Source: Basidioascus undulatus (lineage: Eukaryota). From it: a DNA stretch of 46,435 nucleotides. Positions 21,927 to 34,017 of this stretch are shown here, one piece after another (position 1 is the first letter of the stretch; each line of letters opens with the position of its first letter). Made by a program: the position numbers and the translations under genes. Location: positions 1-46,435 of the forward strand of contig JTLS01000019.1 of assembly GCA_000826855.1 (NCBI GenBank), written 5' to 3'. The notes below the pieces were generated by a model. The model searched no databases and was not told the origin of the DNA. It saw only the letters and a list, made by a program, of their open reading frames with translations.

Positions 21927-23742
21927 TCATGCTCTGTCTATGGGAGTAGGATAGTGATAAGGCGGACGAAGTGGGCCACCCTGTATGTCCGATTCTATTC
22001 CAGTCAGCGGCGCGAAAGCACAGCTGTGCACCTTGCAGTACGCACGCGCTTCTCTAGCCGATTCCACGTCATCCACGAAAAGGTGTAAAGCGGAAGGTTG
22101 TAGCTGTTTATTGAGGACAGAGAGTCAATGTGTGTTTCAATCGTGAAGGAAACGAAAAACATACTACTTCCAGCTACTCCACGGGAACCAGCCGGTGTTC
22201 TGCGCTGCGACGGCTTGCCAATCGGCTGTTCGCTCCAGTCAGCGGCGCATAGCGAATGGTTATTGCAGTGTGAGATTCAGCTTACTCTGCATCGTCCTCC
22301 TCAATGCCAAGTACGACGATGGCACGTCGGTGATGACCGCGCGGCAGCCCCACTACCCATCCGTCTTCTCAGCGCACCCACAGCGCGTCAACCGTCCTGA
22401 ATCGCGAAAAACGAACCTTGGCTGCCTCAACCATCTCGTTGCTACCCAAATTCACATATAAGCCGTACTGCGCTTGAGAATCTAAGCCTCAAAGCACGCA
22501 CTGATTGTTCACAGTCCAAACCATCAGCTCCTTCCCCGCCGCTTTCACGTCCTTTCTAAAGAGCTCTCCTTCCGCACCCTGAACCCCAGACAACAGTCAG
22601 CCTTTAATACTGATCGTCCAAATCCGCGATGATTGACCACGAGTGACCCAAAGAAGATAGAAAAGGTCTGGCAGTCCTTCCTGGATGCATGCGACCGCAA
22701 GTCAGCCAGCGGGAGAGCACGCGCAGCAAGTCGAACCACGCACCAGAAAAACTCCCGCGCTATCGCCGTCCCAAATCCGATGTGGGAGAAATGAATGTTG
22801 GGGAGATAACGCTTGGCGGGCTCGATGCAGCGCGGGTGCCACAGGCCGAGGACGATACGCGGCGAGAGCTCGGTCGGGGCCTCCGGAAGTTGGCGTGTAG
22901 ATTAGGAGAGGTACTCTGAAAAGCAAACAAAAGTACATCAAGACGTACCGTAGGGTACTTCGCCAGCTTGTCCCGGATGATGCGGAACATCCGCTCGGGG
23001 TCGTTTTCGGGCTTAACGTCCACCTGAATCACCGGTCCCTCTCGCGTAAGTATTTAGGGATTACCTTAGATATAAGAAAATGATCTTTTCTCTCGTTGAA
23101 CTCCACATGCCGATTCTCCTCCCGCATCAAGAGCTCGAACATCTGGTCGAGCGTCGGCATCGGCTGCTTCGGCTCGGCCTTTGTCCGCACGTGCTCAAGC
23201 ACGCCGTGCCATGGCTGGGAGGCGATCATGCCCGTGCCGTCCGTGCAGCGCTCGATGGAGCTGCATACGTGAGGTAGAGGGCGAAGTAGGGGGCGATTCA
23301 GGGAGCGCCCAGCAAGGAGATGGTTGAGAGACGCAGGGGGCTCACGGATCATGGTGCAGGACGACTACGTTGTCCGTAGTGATATGGAGGTCTGATCAAA
23401 TTCGAAGTTAGCACTGAGATCTTGCCGGAGCGGGACAGCGGATCAGTGTCAGGCTTACCGCTCTCCAGTCCCTCAGCGCCGTCCCTGCATCTCACGGTCC
23501 CATAAGTTTTCCCTCATTCAATCACAGTTGCAGATTCAAGAAAGCACTAACCGAATTGCAGCCTCGAAACTAGCCATTGTGTTCTCCGGCTACCCAGGGC
23601 GCGTCGAAAGCCAGTCTGCAGAGTGAGCGAGCCGGCTAGGATGAGCGAGCTCACGTTCACTCACCCAAGCGGCCGACGCGCCTCGATGGCCATAGCACTT
23701 TGGGAACTTCTGCGGCGTGGGATCCGTATGCTCTACAGCCAT
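21927..23742 (-). CDS. Glycerophosphodiester phosphodiesterase-family protein, Pgc1-like (phosphatidylglycerol phospholipase C)
   Basis: CYGHRGASAAW|PENTMASF, GAEGLES|DLHITTDNVVVLHHDP, HVEFN|VDVKPENDP, PRIVLGLWHP, LMVWTVN, AVITD, hydrophobic C-terminal segment ending GGPLRPPYHYPTPIDRA*. Confidence 0.85.
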
Positions 23743-24073
23743 GACTGGAAGTATTGAGCAAGTTGGCCAAGACAGATGACAACAGGAGGCAAGAAAGGGG
23801 AGGAAGTGGGTTGCCTTCGGCAAGCCGATGACGTGCAACGGCTTAAATTGCCCGCCTGAGCACGTGCAGGGAACGGAAGAGCGAGAAACTGGAGCATTTT
23901 GCGGGGCCGGCCTTAAGATAGACTGAAAGCTGTGAAGGTCCATATGTACGTTGAACGTGCTCGGAAGAAAGCAGAGGCGTCTGGAAGAAACTGCCGTGGT
24001 AAGATCAAGTGTGGGTACGGATTGGGCAGGCTGCCTACTAATGTCATGAAAGGACAGAATCATCTGACTATGC

Positions 24074-25040
24074 TTGGTCAAAATTGATCAACTCGAATAA
24101 ATTGACTGCGAAACGTTCAATTGACCAGCATAGCGAAATATACATACTTAAGTTAATTTTTGTCAAACGCAGCGGTCGGTGGTCTGGTTAACGCAGAGTC
24201 AAATCAGCATTTCTATCAGCCAATGTCTAGTCAACACTTGGTCAAACCACTGACTCAAGCCGGTAGTCAATTAAAAGTTTGTAGTCAATTAAAAACAACA
24301 GAATGAGGTCCAAAAGGAAAGCCTGGATCAGGCTTTCCATTTTGAAAAGGATCAGGGCCACCTCAACCGTCTTTCAGATGTGCTCATTGTGCTCAAGGCC
24401 TTCTTCTATAAACCCTTTATCGCCCATGCATTTGTTGTAATTTGAACAGGCGCTACTTTCATTGACTTTAAATTTAACAGGATTAGACTTACTACCTACT
24501 TACTCAAGGAAACTTGTTGGCCATATGGCAATTAAACAATCTAAGATTCGCTTCAGCACATTCACTTTGAAGGCATTAGAGTAAGCTGCATTTCCATGTA
24601 ACCAGTCTTGCTACAAAGTGAAAACATCAAGCCTCAATAATAATATTGGAATGTATTAATTGCATAAGAGCCAGTTAGTATCCCATTCAATTGATGCAGT
24701 CAGAATATAAGTGGGAGACTGCACACCGTCCTGTTAGCCGTGCCCAGCTTGAAGATGTGTTGGCGGACATGGATCTTTTTGCCTTTTGTAATTCATATTC
24801 ATTCCATGGTTTTGATTAGTTTGACTACTAGATCATCGATATGACTACACATTGGCTGCAATTGGGTCACATTGACTACAGTTGACACTCAAGCTGCAGC
24901 GTTGAATGGACTGACGGGGCGCCCGCCATGTTGACCACATTGAATGTAGGCACATTGAATAGAAATGGATTCTAAGACAGACCCTTTGATTAACATTGAA
25001 TGAGAAACTCACATTAGACTAGGCTGGCACAGTTGACCAA
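24074..25040. mobile_element. Degenerate non-coding foldback/MITE-like relic with long imperfect inverted arms
   Basis: cagccaatgtctagtca (24217-24233) is a 16/17 inverted match to tgactacacattggctg (24842-24858). ttggtcaa (24074) and ttgaccaa (25033-25040) mark the outer ends. GTCAA motifs on the left arm, TTGAC on the right; gtagtcaattaaaa occurs twice. AT-rich, no ORF. Confidence 0.5.
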
Positions 25041-26899
25041 TTCTTGGGCGCTTTCAAGAGACTCAAAGCTAGGCAGACGGACAGCCGCTTTCACTGGAGT
25101 GGTCGCCGCAAGTGCAAGTTGTTACTTAAAACTTATTTGCTTTTCCTTGTGCTACTTCGAGTCAGTGTATCACAGTCTCCAGATCTTCATGTCCGTCCAA
25201 AGTACGACGGTTGGAGGCGAGGGTTTCAGATCCGACCCCTGATCCATGTCCATCCTGTCCTTTGGCTACTTTTTCATGCTATTATTGAAATTAAGGGTAT
25301 GAAGTGATCGTCACTGTATCCCTTCGCGCTGCTCCGTCTCGCCGGCTCATTTCAGCGTTAATTGAGCTGGCCTGTGAGCCATGAACTTAAAAAGCAGTCC
25401 AATGCGGTCATTTCGCCACATCCTCAGTCCCAGATACTCTTTCACCGTGCCCGCTGGTGCATGGCGCCGTGGGCTGCGACTCATCGGAAGTGCGTGAAGC
25501 GAAGTCCAGAAGCGTTCCGACCTGCACACTTGCAAGATTAGCCGTATGGGAACTGATGGTCAACCTCGCAAGAAAACCACCCAAAACAAGTTAAGGTGCT
25601 CCAGCGTGGGACTCGACAAGTTAAGGCGAGCAACATCATCGTCCATTCTTTTCGTCGTCGATGCCTAGAAATGGAGTGTGGGTGCAGCAACAGCAAGAGA
25701 GTGTGGTCTAATGAGATCAAATTCGCCCCTTATGTATGTATTTCTGCATACTAAACCACACTAACCCCATGAAATGAGTAGTCAGGACGATCTGGCGAAG
25801 CACCTTGACCTGCAGCGCCGCCAAATGACAGATATGTAGACGCATTCAACAGCTTAAAAACATTGCAGCGCTCCCTTAAAGCGTATGTCCGCTTTTGAAA
25901 TACCATAAGGAAACTATGCACCAACTTATGGGCAAAAAACCCCAGAGAATTTATCAGTCGACCGCACAATTCTGTGCGTCTCGACCATGAATGCTGTGCT
26001 GTGCCTTTAAGCACGAACCTCTCCATTACACCGGGTTGTGGATCGATCTGTGAGATCAATGCTTATTGCGTTCCAAGCCACATCGCCAACTCACGATTAC
26101 GCAAAGACAGACAGGCATGAGAAGACAAAAGACACGTGACCACTCCAAAGAAACGTGTTTGGAGAAGTCAGAAAACAGGCTTTGTGGTCATACCTGGAGA
26201 CGAAGAAAAAATCAAAAAATCAATTTTCAAATACTAAAATCTTGAAGTTGGATTGAAATCAAGCGCTAATTGACGGAGTCGTTCAGTGTTTGGATGAGGT
26301 TGGGGTTCGAATTGTATCATCTTCCCTTTTCCGGCAGGCTGTGCTTGAGCATTTTGAGCTACCCAACAAATATTGTGCTAGAATAGGATCCGTACAACAG
26401 GCACCCTTCACAATCCATGCGCAAAGCTTATGGCGTCAACAGGATCAACAAATCCTTGCGTGCAAGAAGAGCCTCGCGTGCACCATCTATTCCACTGTGC
26501 GACTTCGCAGACATTACTTCACACTGCGTTCGAATATAACCGCAATAGTTTAAGCAAGTTCACACCCAATGACATTTGCTAGGTTTCCATCGCCCGGGAC
26601 ATTGTTCGGCATTTGCGCGCCCTGCCTTAACACACTTTTTGCACCGTCGCCGCTGACGCGTGCGCCCGCTATCCCAAACTGCCTTGTTCCTCGAAAGAAG
26701 AATTAGCTCAAGCTGCGAAATAAACAGGGAAAAACTCACGTCTGCATGGTTTGGTGGAGGAGGAGGCAGATAGACTTCATCGAAGGCGGAGGCGGGCGGA
26801 TGGGGATGGGCGGAGAGGAAGGGAGCGTTCTACACGGCTGATGTTGATGGGGAGGAAGATGAAAGTGAAAATTGAGGGGGAAAAGCTGAGCGGTCTTGC

Positions 26900-27850
26900 A
26901 TGGTGGAAGTGGTGAGCGAAGGGCGTAAACCACTCTCCGGATTGCGGGGGAACGTCGTCCTGAGGGGCCCAATCCATCTTTGACGCCATGACTCATGAGC
27001 ACTGGGAACAAGAAAAATTGGAATAGCTCATAAAACGCACCTCCTCCCACCCTGTTGCTGCAAACTCATCTGGAGAAGCCGCATACGCACCGCCGCTCCG
27101 CGCGGCGAGGGTCAGAGCTTCGCCTTCGTACTGCCCTCCCTCGCTTTCGTACTGCACTCGCTTGATCGTCAGTGTCAGCAACGGGTAAGAAAATACTAGA
27201 GGACACACCTCTTTCCACCCTCCTACTTCAAAGTTATCTGGAGCTGCAGCGTACGCCGCCGAGCTACTTGATCCCTTGGTCAGAGTGCCCTCGCCTTCTG
27301 CCGCTGAGGAGGGAGCGACGCGGGGCGGAGATCTCGAGGTCCTCTTCGACGGCAGCGTGTGTAGGTGGCGTAGGTATATGGGGGGGGGTGGTTGGGTATG
27401 TTGGGCAGGCCGAGAAGACGGCGTAGGAGGAGCAGGGGTGTCAGCATCGGTGATGGGCACAGCGGAGACGGCAGAGGTAGTGGAGGTCTTGGCTGCATTA
27501 ACCGCGCCTTCAGAAATTGTGTGCTCGGGCAAAAGCAACCTTTGGAGCGAGGCGCATTAAGAAGGGATGTATCTTGCCTTGCTGTCCCGTACCGCGGCGG
27601 GCCAGCGACAACGGTTGTACAGTTGAGGCGCGAGCTGAATATGTGTAAGGCTGAATACTCTCATATCTGGAGGTTCTGATAATGGCTTACTCTAACTTCC
27701 AGTAGTAGCAGAAGAGGAGGACTGGGGTTTCTTCTCCTTGCGAGGGCGACGAGCCCCTGCTCGTGCACAGCCGTGACCGCGGGCGGCTGACTTCTCAGGA
27801 TGCGTGGATGAGGATGCTTCAGAAGCGGTGGATGGAGGCATGGGGCTGAT
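26900..27850 (-). other. Orphan or decayed gene fragment with two similar consecutive exons; boundaries approximate
   Basis: Pro/Ser/Thr-rich frame, then AAYAAAPDNFEVGGWKE|gtgtgt and GAYAASPDEFAATGWEE|gtgcgt. The upstream part is interrupted by a stop. Confidence 0.3.
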
Positions 27851-28928
27851 TTGCATATAGTTATATTCAAGGGAGAAGAAAACACAGTGGATAGTCAGTG
27901 GAAGACGAGCCGAAATGATGGGAGATGACGATAAGAGAGAGATGCAGCAGCGGGACTGGACGTCTGACAACATAGTTTGACAGTAGACAAGGCATTACCT
28001 TGTCACCCCGCACTTCAGCGTCTCCATGCATCGCCACAAAGCCAGAAAACAGAAGAGGGAGTACGTCTGTCAGACGGCTTTGATGGTCCCAAGAGCTGTG
28101 ACGTCTTGTGTACCAATGTGTACATTTGAGGACGCAGCCTTCTCAGGTTGAGCAAATGGAGACGGACTGAGACCTCAAGACTCCTGAGAGTGCCAGGTGA
28201 ATCAACCATGTGCCACAACTCGCTCGTTCGCTCTTCTTCAAAGCCCGACTTCGCACATGACCGAAACTGAGCAGGTGAAAGGCACAGTGCTCTAAAAAGA
28301 CTAAAATGCAATCGGATGGGGCATGCCGCGTGATAACACGGACGAGCTGTTGGTACATCGCCAAGAGGATATCGCCCTGCGAACGCACCCTTGGTTCACT
28401 CTGATTCTGATTCACTTCTATTCCTCGCCCTGATCCAGACTAGAACTTACGCGTCTCGACCTGTGCTTCTTCCGCCGTCTCCGTACCGAATCTCCCTCTT
28501 TCCTCGCGGCATTAGCCATCAGAGTTTGCTGTCCGCCGCTCTGCCGCTCCTCTCCTTGCGCGCCGTCCACACCGAGTCGCCTGTCGCCCTCTCCTCGGGC
28601 AGATTTCCCAATCGCCAAATACTCGGTTTCACGCGCCTCTAATTGCAAATTCTGTGATTTCCGAGCCGTCTGCACGAGGCGAAGGCTAGCTCACCGCGGC
28701 GTGGCAGCCGTCCGCCGTCCGCACAGCCCGCACGTCCAGGACGCCGACACCGAACGCCCTCAGGAAACTCGTGCGTTGCGCCCATAACAGCCTCCTCATT
28801 GCCCACCCTCACCTTATTCTACGCCGGGGGGCTTTCGTTAGCCCGCCGTATACCCTCTCGCTCTTTCCGGGTCTCGTTGGAATCGTTCGGACTCGTTCTC
28901 CTACTCCTCATTTACGCGACATTTCACA

Positions 28929-30093
28929 ATGGTACAGACTGCTGCTGCACTGGTGTGCACGCCTTCACTGACCTCCGATAGCTGCACGCGCTCTCCCAGA
29001 GCCTCTCGCCAGAGAACTGGGCCGGGATCGGTGGCGGCGTGCTCGCAATCCTCATTTTCGTCTCGCTCTGCCTCTTGTCCTTTCGGCGGCGGTACGTCGA
29101 CCACCGAGAGTCCAAGGTGGAACGCAAGCAATGGGCGGACGAGGTCCGTTCCTTTCATTTTGGCCTAGCACCCAGACTTTTCTGGTGTACCAGACTTTCA
29201 TGTTCACGTATCGTCGTTCGATCCGAACAGGAGGAGGCGGGCGTGGACCCTTCTGAGCTTGACTGGGCGAAGGAGCTCGCGAGCTGGCCTGGGGAGACGA
29301 GCGAGGAGAAGCACGAATGGAGGCGCTGTGAGTCCTCGTTCAATTCCAATTTCCATGCCGAAACCGAGGCCGGAGTCTGGAGGGGCCCGGTGTTTGATCA
29401 AGCAATGCGCACGCAGTGCAGCGCTGCATATTGTTTCACTTACGTTGCACGGCGTTTGCTGACTCTCCGATCCCTTTCACTCTTCCCACAGCGGTATCTC
29501 GCCAAACGCTCATCTCCATCCGCTCCTCCCGCTCCCTTTCCATCGGCTCCCTCCCCTCCACACCTCCCGCCTTCCCATCCACAACCCCCAGCATCACGGC
29601 CGTCCCCTCTCCGCGTTCCTTCTCGCGGCTCTCCCTAACCTCACCCCCGCGCAACCCCTCTCCTCCCTCATCCCGGCACACCGTCCTCCCCCCGTCCCCG
29701 CCAGTCGCGTACCACCACCGCCACTCCTCCTCCTCCTTCTCCTCGGGCGGCAGTTTCCGCCTCTCCCTCTCGCCAGAGATGCCGGGGACGGGGACGTACT
29801 ACTTCCCCAATCAGGGCAACTCAATAAATCCGAGCTACATGTCCGTGCCCACATCCAGCGCCGACGACGTTCCGCCCCCGCTCCCACCCAAGGCGCCCCG
29901 CAGGCCGTCGCAGCTCCGCGCGAGCTGGCTGGGACACGATGGACTCGCGGACGAGGGGCCGTACGCGAGCACGGGCGGGAGCGGGAGCGGGAGCAGCAGA
30001 GAGGGTGGGTGGACGTCCAGCTCGGAGGGGCCAGACAAGTCTGGAGATCTTGCGCGCCCGCTCGTGGAGGAGCGGCGGGATGAGACGGAGTGA
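28929..30093 (+). CDS. Hypothetical single-pass membrane protein with Pro/Ser-rich cytoplasmic tail; start uncertain
   Basis: NWAGIGGGVLAILIFVSLCLLSFRRR (TM plus basic stop-transfer), in-frame GT-AG introns after WADE and EWRR, long final exon with PPPLPPK. Confidence 0.6.
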
Positions 30094-30659
30094 GGGGAAG
30101 GCGGGGCGTGGGACGCTGCTTCTTCTTGATTTGCTGTTTGTTTCGTTTTCGCAGTGCAATGTTCATTTAGTTCCGCATCACCATGTATTCACGACACCCA
30201 CAGGACACTGGACTCTCTATCCTCATTACGTATCTTGAAACCCTTCGTTGCAGTCTCGTCGACGCCCATCATTGTCCTCCTGCACACTGTCGAGCTCTTT
30301 GTCGACGCCTGCGCCACTCGTTATTGTCTGTCATCTAGCATAGTACCCTTTTCCTTTATTTCTGTACGCGATGCATAGTACCATGACCAGATTCTTCTGC
30401 GCGCTACTCGTCGCAGGCCTATGTAAAAGGCACGCACTGAGCGAGACCTGCCTCTCGAGCATAAAGCCATTCTGATTCACAAATTCCCAAACCAACCGGA
30501 CATTTATTCGAGTCACTCTGCCACTAAATCAGAGTCAGACCGTTGTAGGTACCCGCAGGACATGTACACTCATGATGCCTTCATCGCCCGAAACAGCGTC
30601 TATACATCGTCGCACAATAGCTCAGTCTTCACATCTCAAACTTTCTAAAGCTCCCGCCT

Positions 30660-33530
30660 TCAAACTCCCATCATCGCGTTGAACCAGTGCGCCCATCCGT
30701 CGGAGAAGATCTCTTTGAGCTTCTCGTCCTTCTGTGCATCTGCCAGGCTGTCGTTGCTCATGCTGAGGCGCCGAGACCACCCGACCGCCAGCATGTGTAC
30801 CTTGTCTATAACAATGAGTACGAAAATATAAACGACTCGCGTCTTCTCCCAAACAGCCCACTCTTCGTCGTTCAGCAATGCTTTGTTAAGCGCAGCCTCG
30901 AGCGCCGCCCGGTTGAGCGCCTTCAGACCGCCGCCGATGAAGACAAAGCTGGAATAAGGGAAAGCGTGGTTGTTGTCAGCGGTCTCATAATCGGAAGACT
31001 TTCATTGGGAATATACTGACCTTCTGGCGACGGTCGCCCCACTCGCCCTTGAACAGGTCTTGCTTGATGAGTTGGACGACGGCCCTGCTAGTGTATGAAA
31101 ACGTTCAGCTGCACATCGGAGACAGGGAGGAATCCAATAGCGAAAGACGCACTTTCCGCTGAAAGATTGTTTGAAGAGTCGAGGCTGTCATGTTAGAAGA
31201 ATATGCGTTTTCAGAGGATAAGTTTACGCACTTCGCCCATTGGCGCTCAGGCTGCGCAGCGAAGAAGAGGTCTACAAGCGACCGTTGGATTAGCTATGGC
31301 GCATAGAGAACAAGGAGAACATCAACCTACCCCGGTTGTGAGCTGTTCAAGCCGTAAGGTTAGCGTGCGTGCCTACTGTAAAGAAAGGGACTTCACTCGA
31401 ACGCACCATGACGCCCACCTGCGACCACTCCCCCAAACATGGCGTTGTGAGTAGCAAGCCAGAAGAAGCCCTTGGAGCGCATGACCGGTACGAACACAGG
31501 GTCGGCGGACTTCGCTATGGCGATGGCGGACGGGTCGGTTTGCTGTGCGAATGGTCACATTGTCAAATCGTCGCCTCGACTGTGTGGGCGTTCTCCAGAG
31601 CCTACGCACCGGGTTCACCTCTTGCACATCTCCGGACTCGTCGACCTTTGCACGCTTTGCCGGAAGGGTCTCATCCAACGCATTGTCGTTCCCGTTGTCG
31701 CCGCTGATTTCGATCGCCTCGGACGCGTTCTGCAGCATGACGAACTTGCCGTTGAGGAGGTCCCACAGGCGGCGGGAATGGAACGGACGGCGACGGCGGT
31801 AGACGAAGTTCTGTGAAATCCCGCGGGGTTTTTGGTTCTCAAAGTGGGAGTTCGAGGCACAGACGTACCGAAATGCTGTACTCCTCTTCCTGCGCAGCTG
31901 TACCCGCGACGATGCCGGGCGTCAGCTCTTGCAGGCTCTTGAGCCAGCCGGCACCCATCACAGCGCTGTGGGTGAGATGAAGGAGGTTGAGTTATAATCC
32001 CTTTGTAAACTCACTACAAGAAACCTACTGCTTGAACAAAAAGCGCCCAGTGTTGATTATTTCGGACAAGTCGACCTTGGCCTTGACAGTTTCGATGACC
32101 TTGGCGTGAAGGTTGAACGCCTTCACGAGCTTGTGCACTACAGTCAAAGAGAGGTCAGTTCATATAACCACCCGAGTCCATACCTCGAAACAAGAGCGTG
32201 CCTTTCTCCACTGTCTCGCGGGAAGCGATCTGCTCCGGCGACGAATGAGCGTCAGTCGGCCGCCGAGTAAGGAAACGGAGAGTTACACACGTCACACTTG
32301 TTGATCAGACTAAAACAATTTGGACGCTGAAAGTCAGTACGTGCTCATACTCTACTCTTTCCCTTTAGTCGAACAGAAAGGCAACGCACATGACGTCCGC
32401 AAACTCGAGCTGGTCAATCATGTAACCTAAAAAAAAACAAGTACACCAAAATCAACTGAAGACTCACCTCCGAGCTTGCCAAGAAAGATACCCACAGTAC
32501 GCTCTTCCTCAGGTTTTCCTCCGCCGCGCCCTTCTCCGCGGGGCGGTCGCTGACGAAGTCGGTCGTCTCGAACTCGCTCAGGACGTTCACGGCGTCGACG
32601 ACGGTGACACAGGTGTCGACGCGAGTCTGTCGGAATCCTTCAGTCAGCAATTTTCCAGAAATCATGAAGGGAGCGTGTTTGAAATGACGGACAGTCGCGG
32701 GCAGGCTGCCCATGCCGAGGACCTCCGCAGCGCGTCCACGCTTCACGTCGCCGGCTTTGCGAGCCGCCTCCATTTCTATCTGTCGCTTCAAAAGAGTTAA
32801 TGAACGTATGTTTCGCCAAACAGCATGACCACATACCTGAGCCGCTCTGTGGACAAACTTTCGCGACAAGGAGAATCAGCAGAGTCGATCGTGAAACTGG
32901 CAGAATCGAACGCTGCGCACCTCCATGCTGAACGTCTCGCACACGTCCTGCGGCTCCGAAATACCGCTGGACTGTGAAAGTACGTGTCGAGTTAGCTAGG
33001 GGAGTGAGGCATTCAATGTGACCGGCGTACCTCGATGAGCAGATAGTCAAAGTTGCCGGAGGCAGCGAGCTCGGCTACTTGGGTGAGGAGGTCGACGCAT
33101 AGCGAGCAGCAGATGCACCTGGAGAACGAATACAGTTCAAGTGAGACAGATGAAACAGTCGATTCGGGGAGATAAGACTACTCACCCATTGCTAACTGGC
33201 AACCTGTACCCTACGCAGTCAGCTAACGCTCGATATCACCTCGACAGCGAACGCACTTACCAGTTTCTCGTCCGCCTCCGTGACCGACCCTTTGATAAGC
33301 GAAGCGTCGATGTTGAGCGCAGCGAGGTCGTTGACGAGGACCGCGCAGCGCAATTTGTGGTCCTTGCTGGTGAGGATGTGCTCGAGCAGCGTCGTCTTGC
33401 CCGAGCCCAAGAAGCCCGAGAGAAGCGTGACAGGAAGAGGGGTGTCGTCGTTTCCGACTTCTTGCCGCGCTCGAGGACGGCGGCAGCGCGGTCGACGGTG
33501 ACGGACTGCGATGGGGTGGGAGGCGCTCAT
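30660..33530 (-). pseudogene. Degenerate COG0523/CobW (ZNG1-like) G3E zinc-metallochaperone GTPase
   Basis: [101 protein letters not shown]. Lesions: 18-nt exon 33186-33203 out of phase with an in-frame TAG, extra G at 31430-31434, extra T at 30945-30947, other out-of-phase junctions, many conserved-residue substitutions. Confidence 0.8.
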
Positions 33531-34017
33531 GTTGCCTGTTGCTGGAAGTTCAGAATAACAATGGTAGTGGACAGAGTATTGAGCAATAAGGCCTTCGAGA
33601 AGCGCAGACTGCAGCGCAGTATGGGCGACAGCGGCTCGCGACTTGAGTGGGGGACGGTCCCGGTCGCCATGCAGTGACTGGTCAGTCGTCGCTGCTTTCT
33701 TTATCAAGAAGTATTCGTTAAGTACTTACAAAGTGCTGCAAATGTGTCATGGGCAGCCAGTTGACTGTCAAAGAGACCCGAAATACTCTCCAGCGTGTTG
33801 TCAGCGAAGATCAGACGCACTGCCTGTTCCGTTCGAGAAACCGCTTGCTAACGCACACGCAGGACCTGAAGCAGAGTAGGGTATTCAAGCGTATGCGGAA
33901 TCAAAAAAACAAAAAGCACAAAAAGAACAGATCACAAAAAGGAAAACGCAAAGAAAGCACGAATAAACCTCTCATACCATATCCCTCTCCCCTCTCAACT
34001 CGTGGACGCTCGCACGC

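Noticed and set aside
26272..26320. GGTTCGAAT resembling a tRNA T-loop/B-box
   Set aside because: Too close to the putative D-arm; no anticodon arm or acceptor stem.
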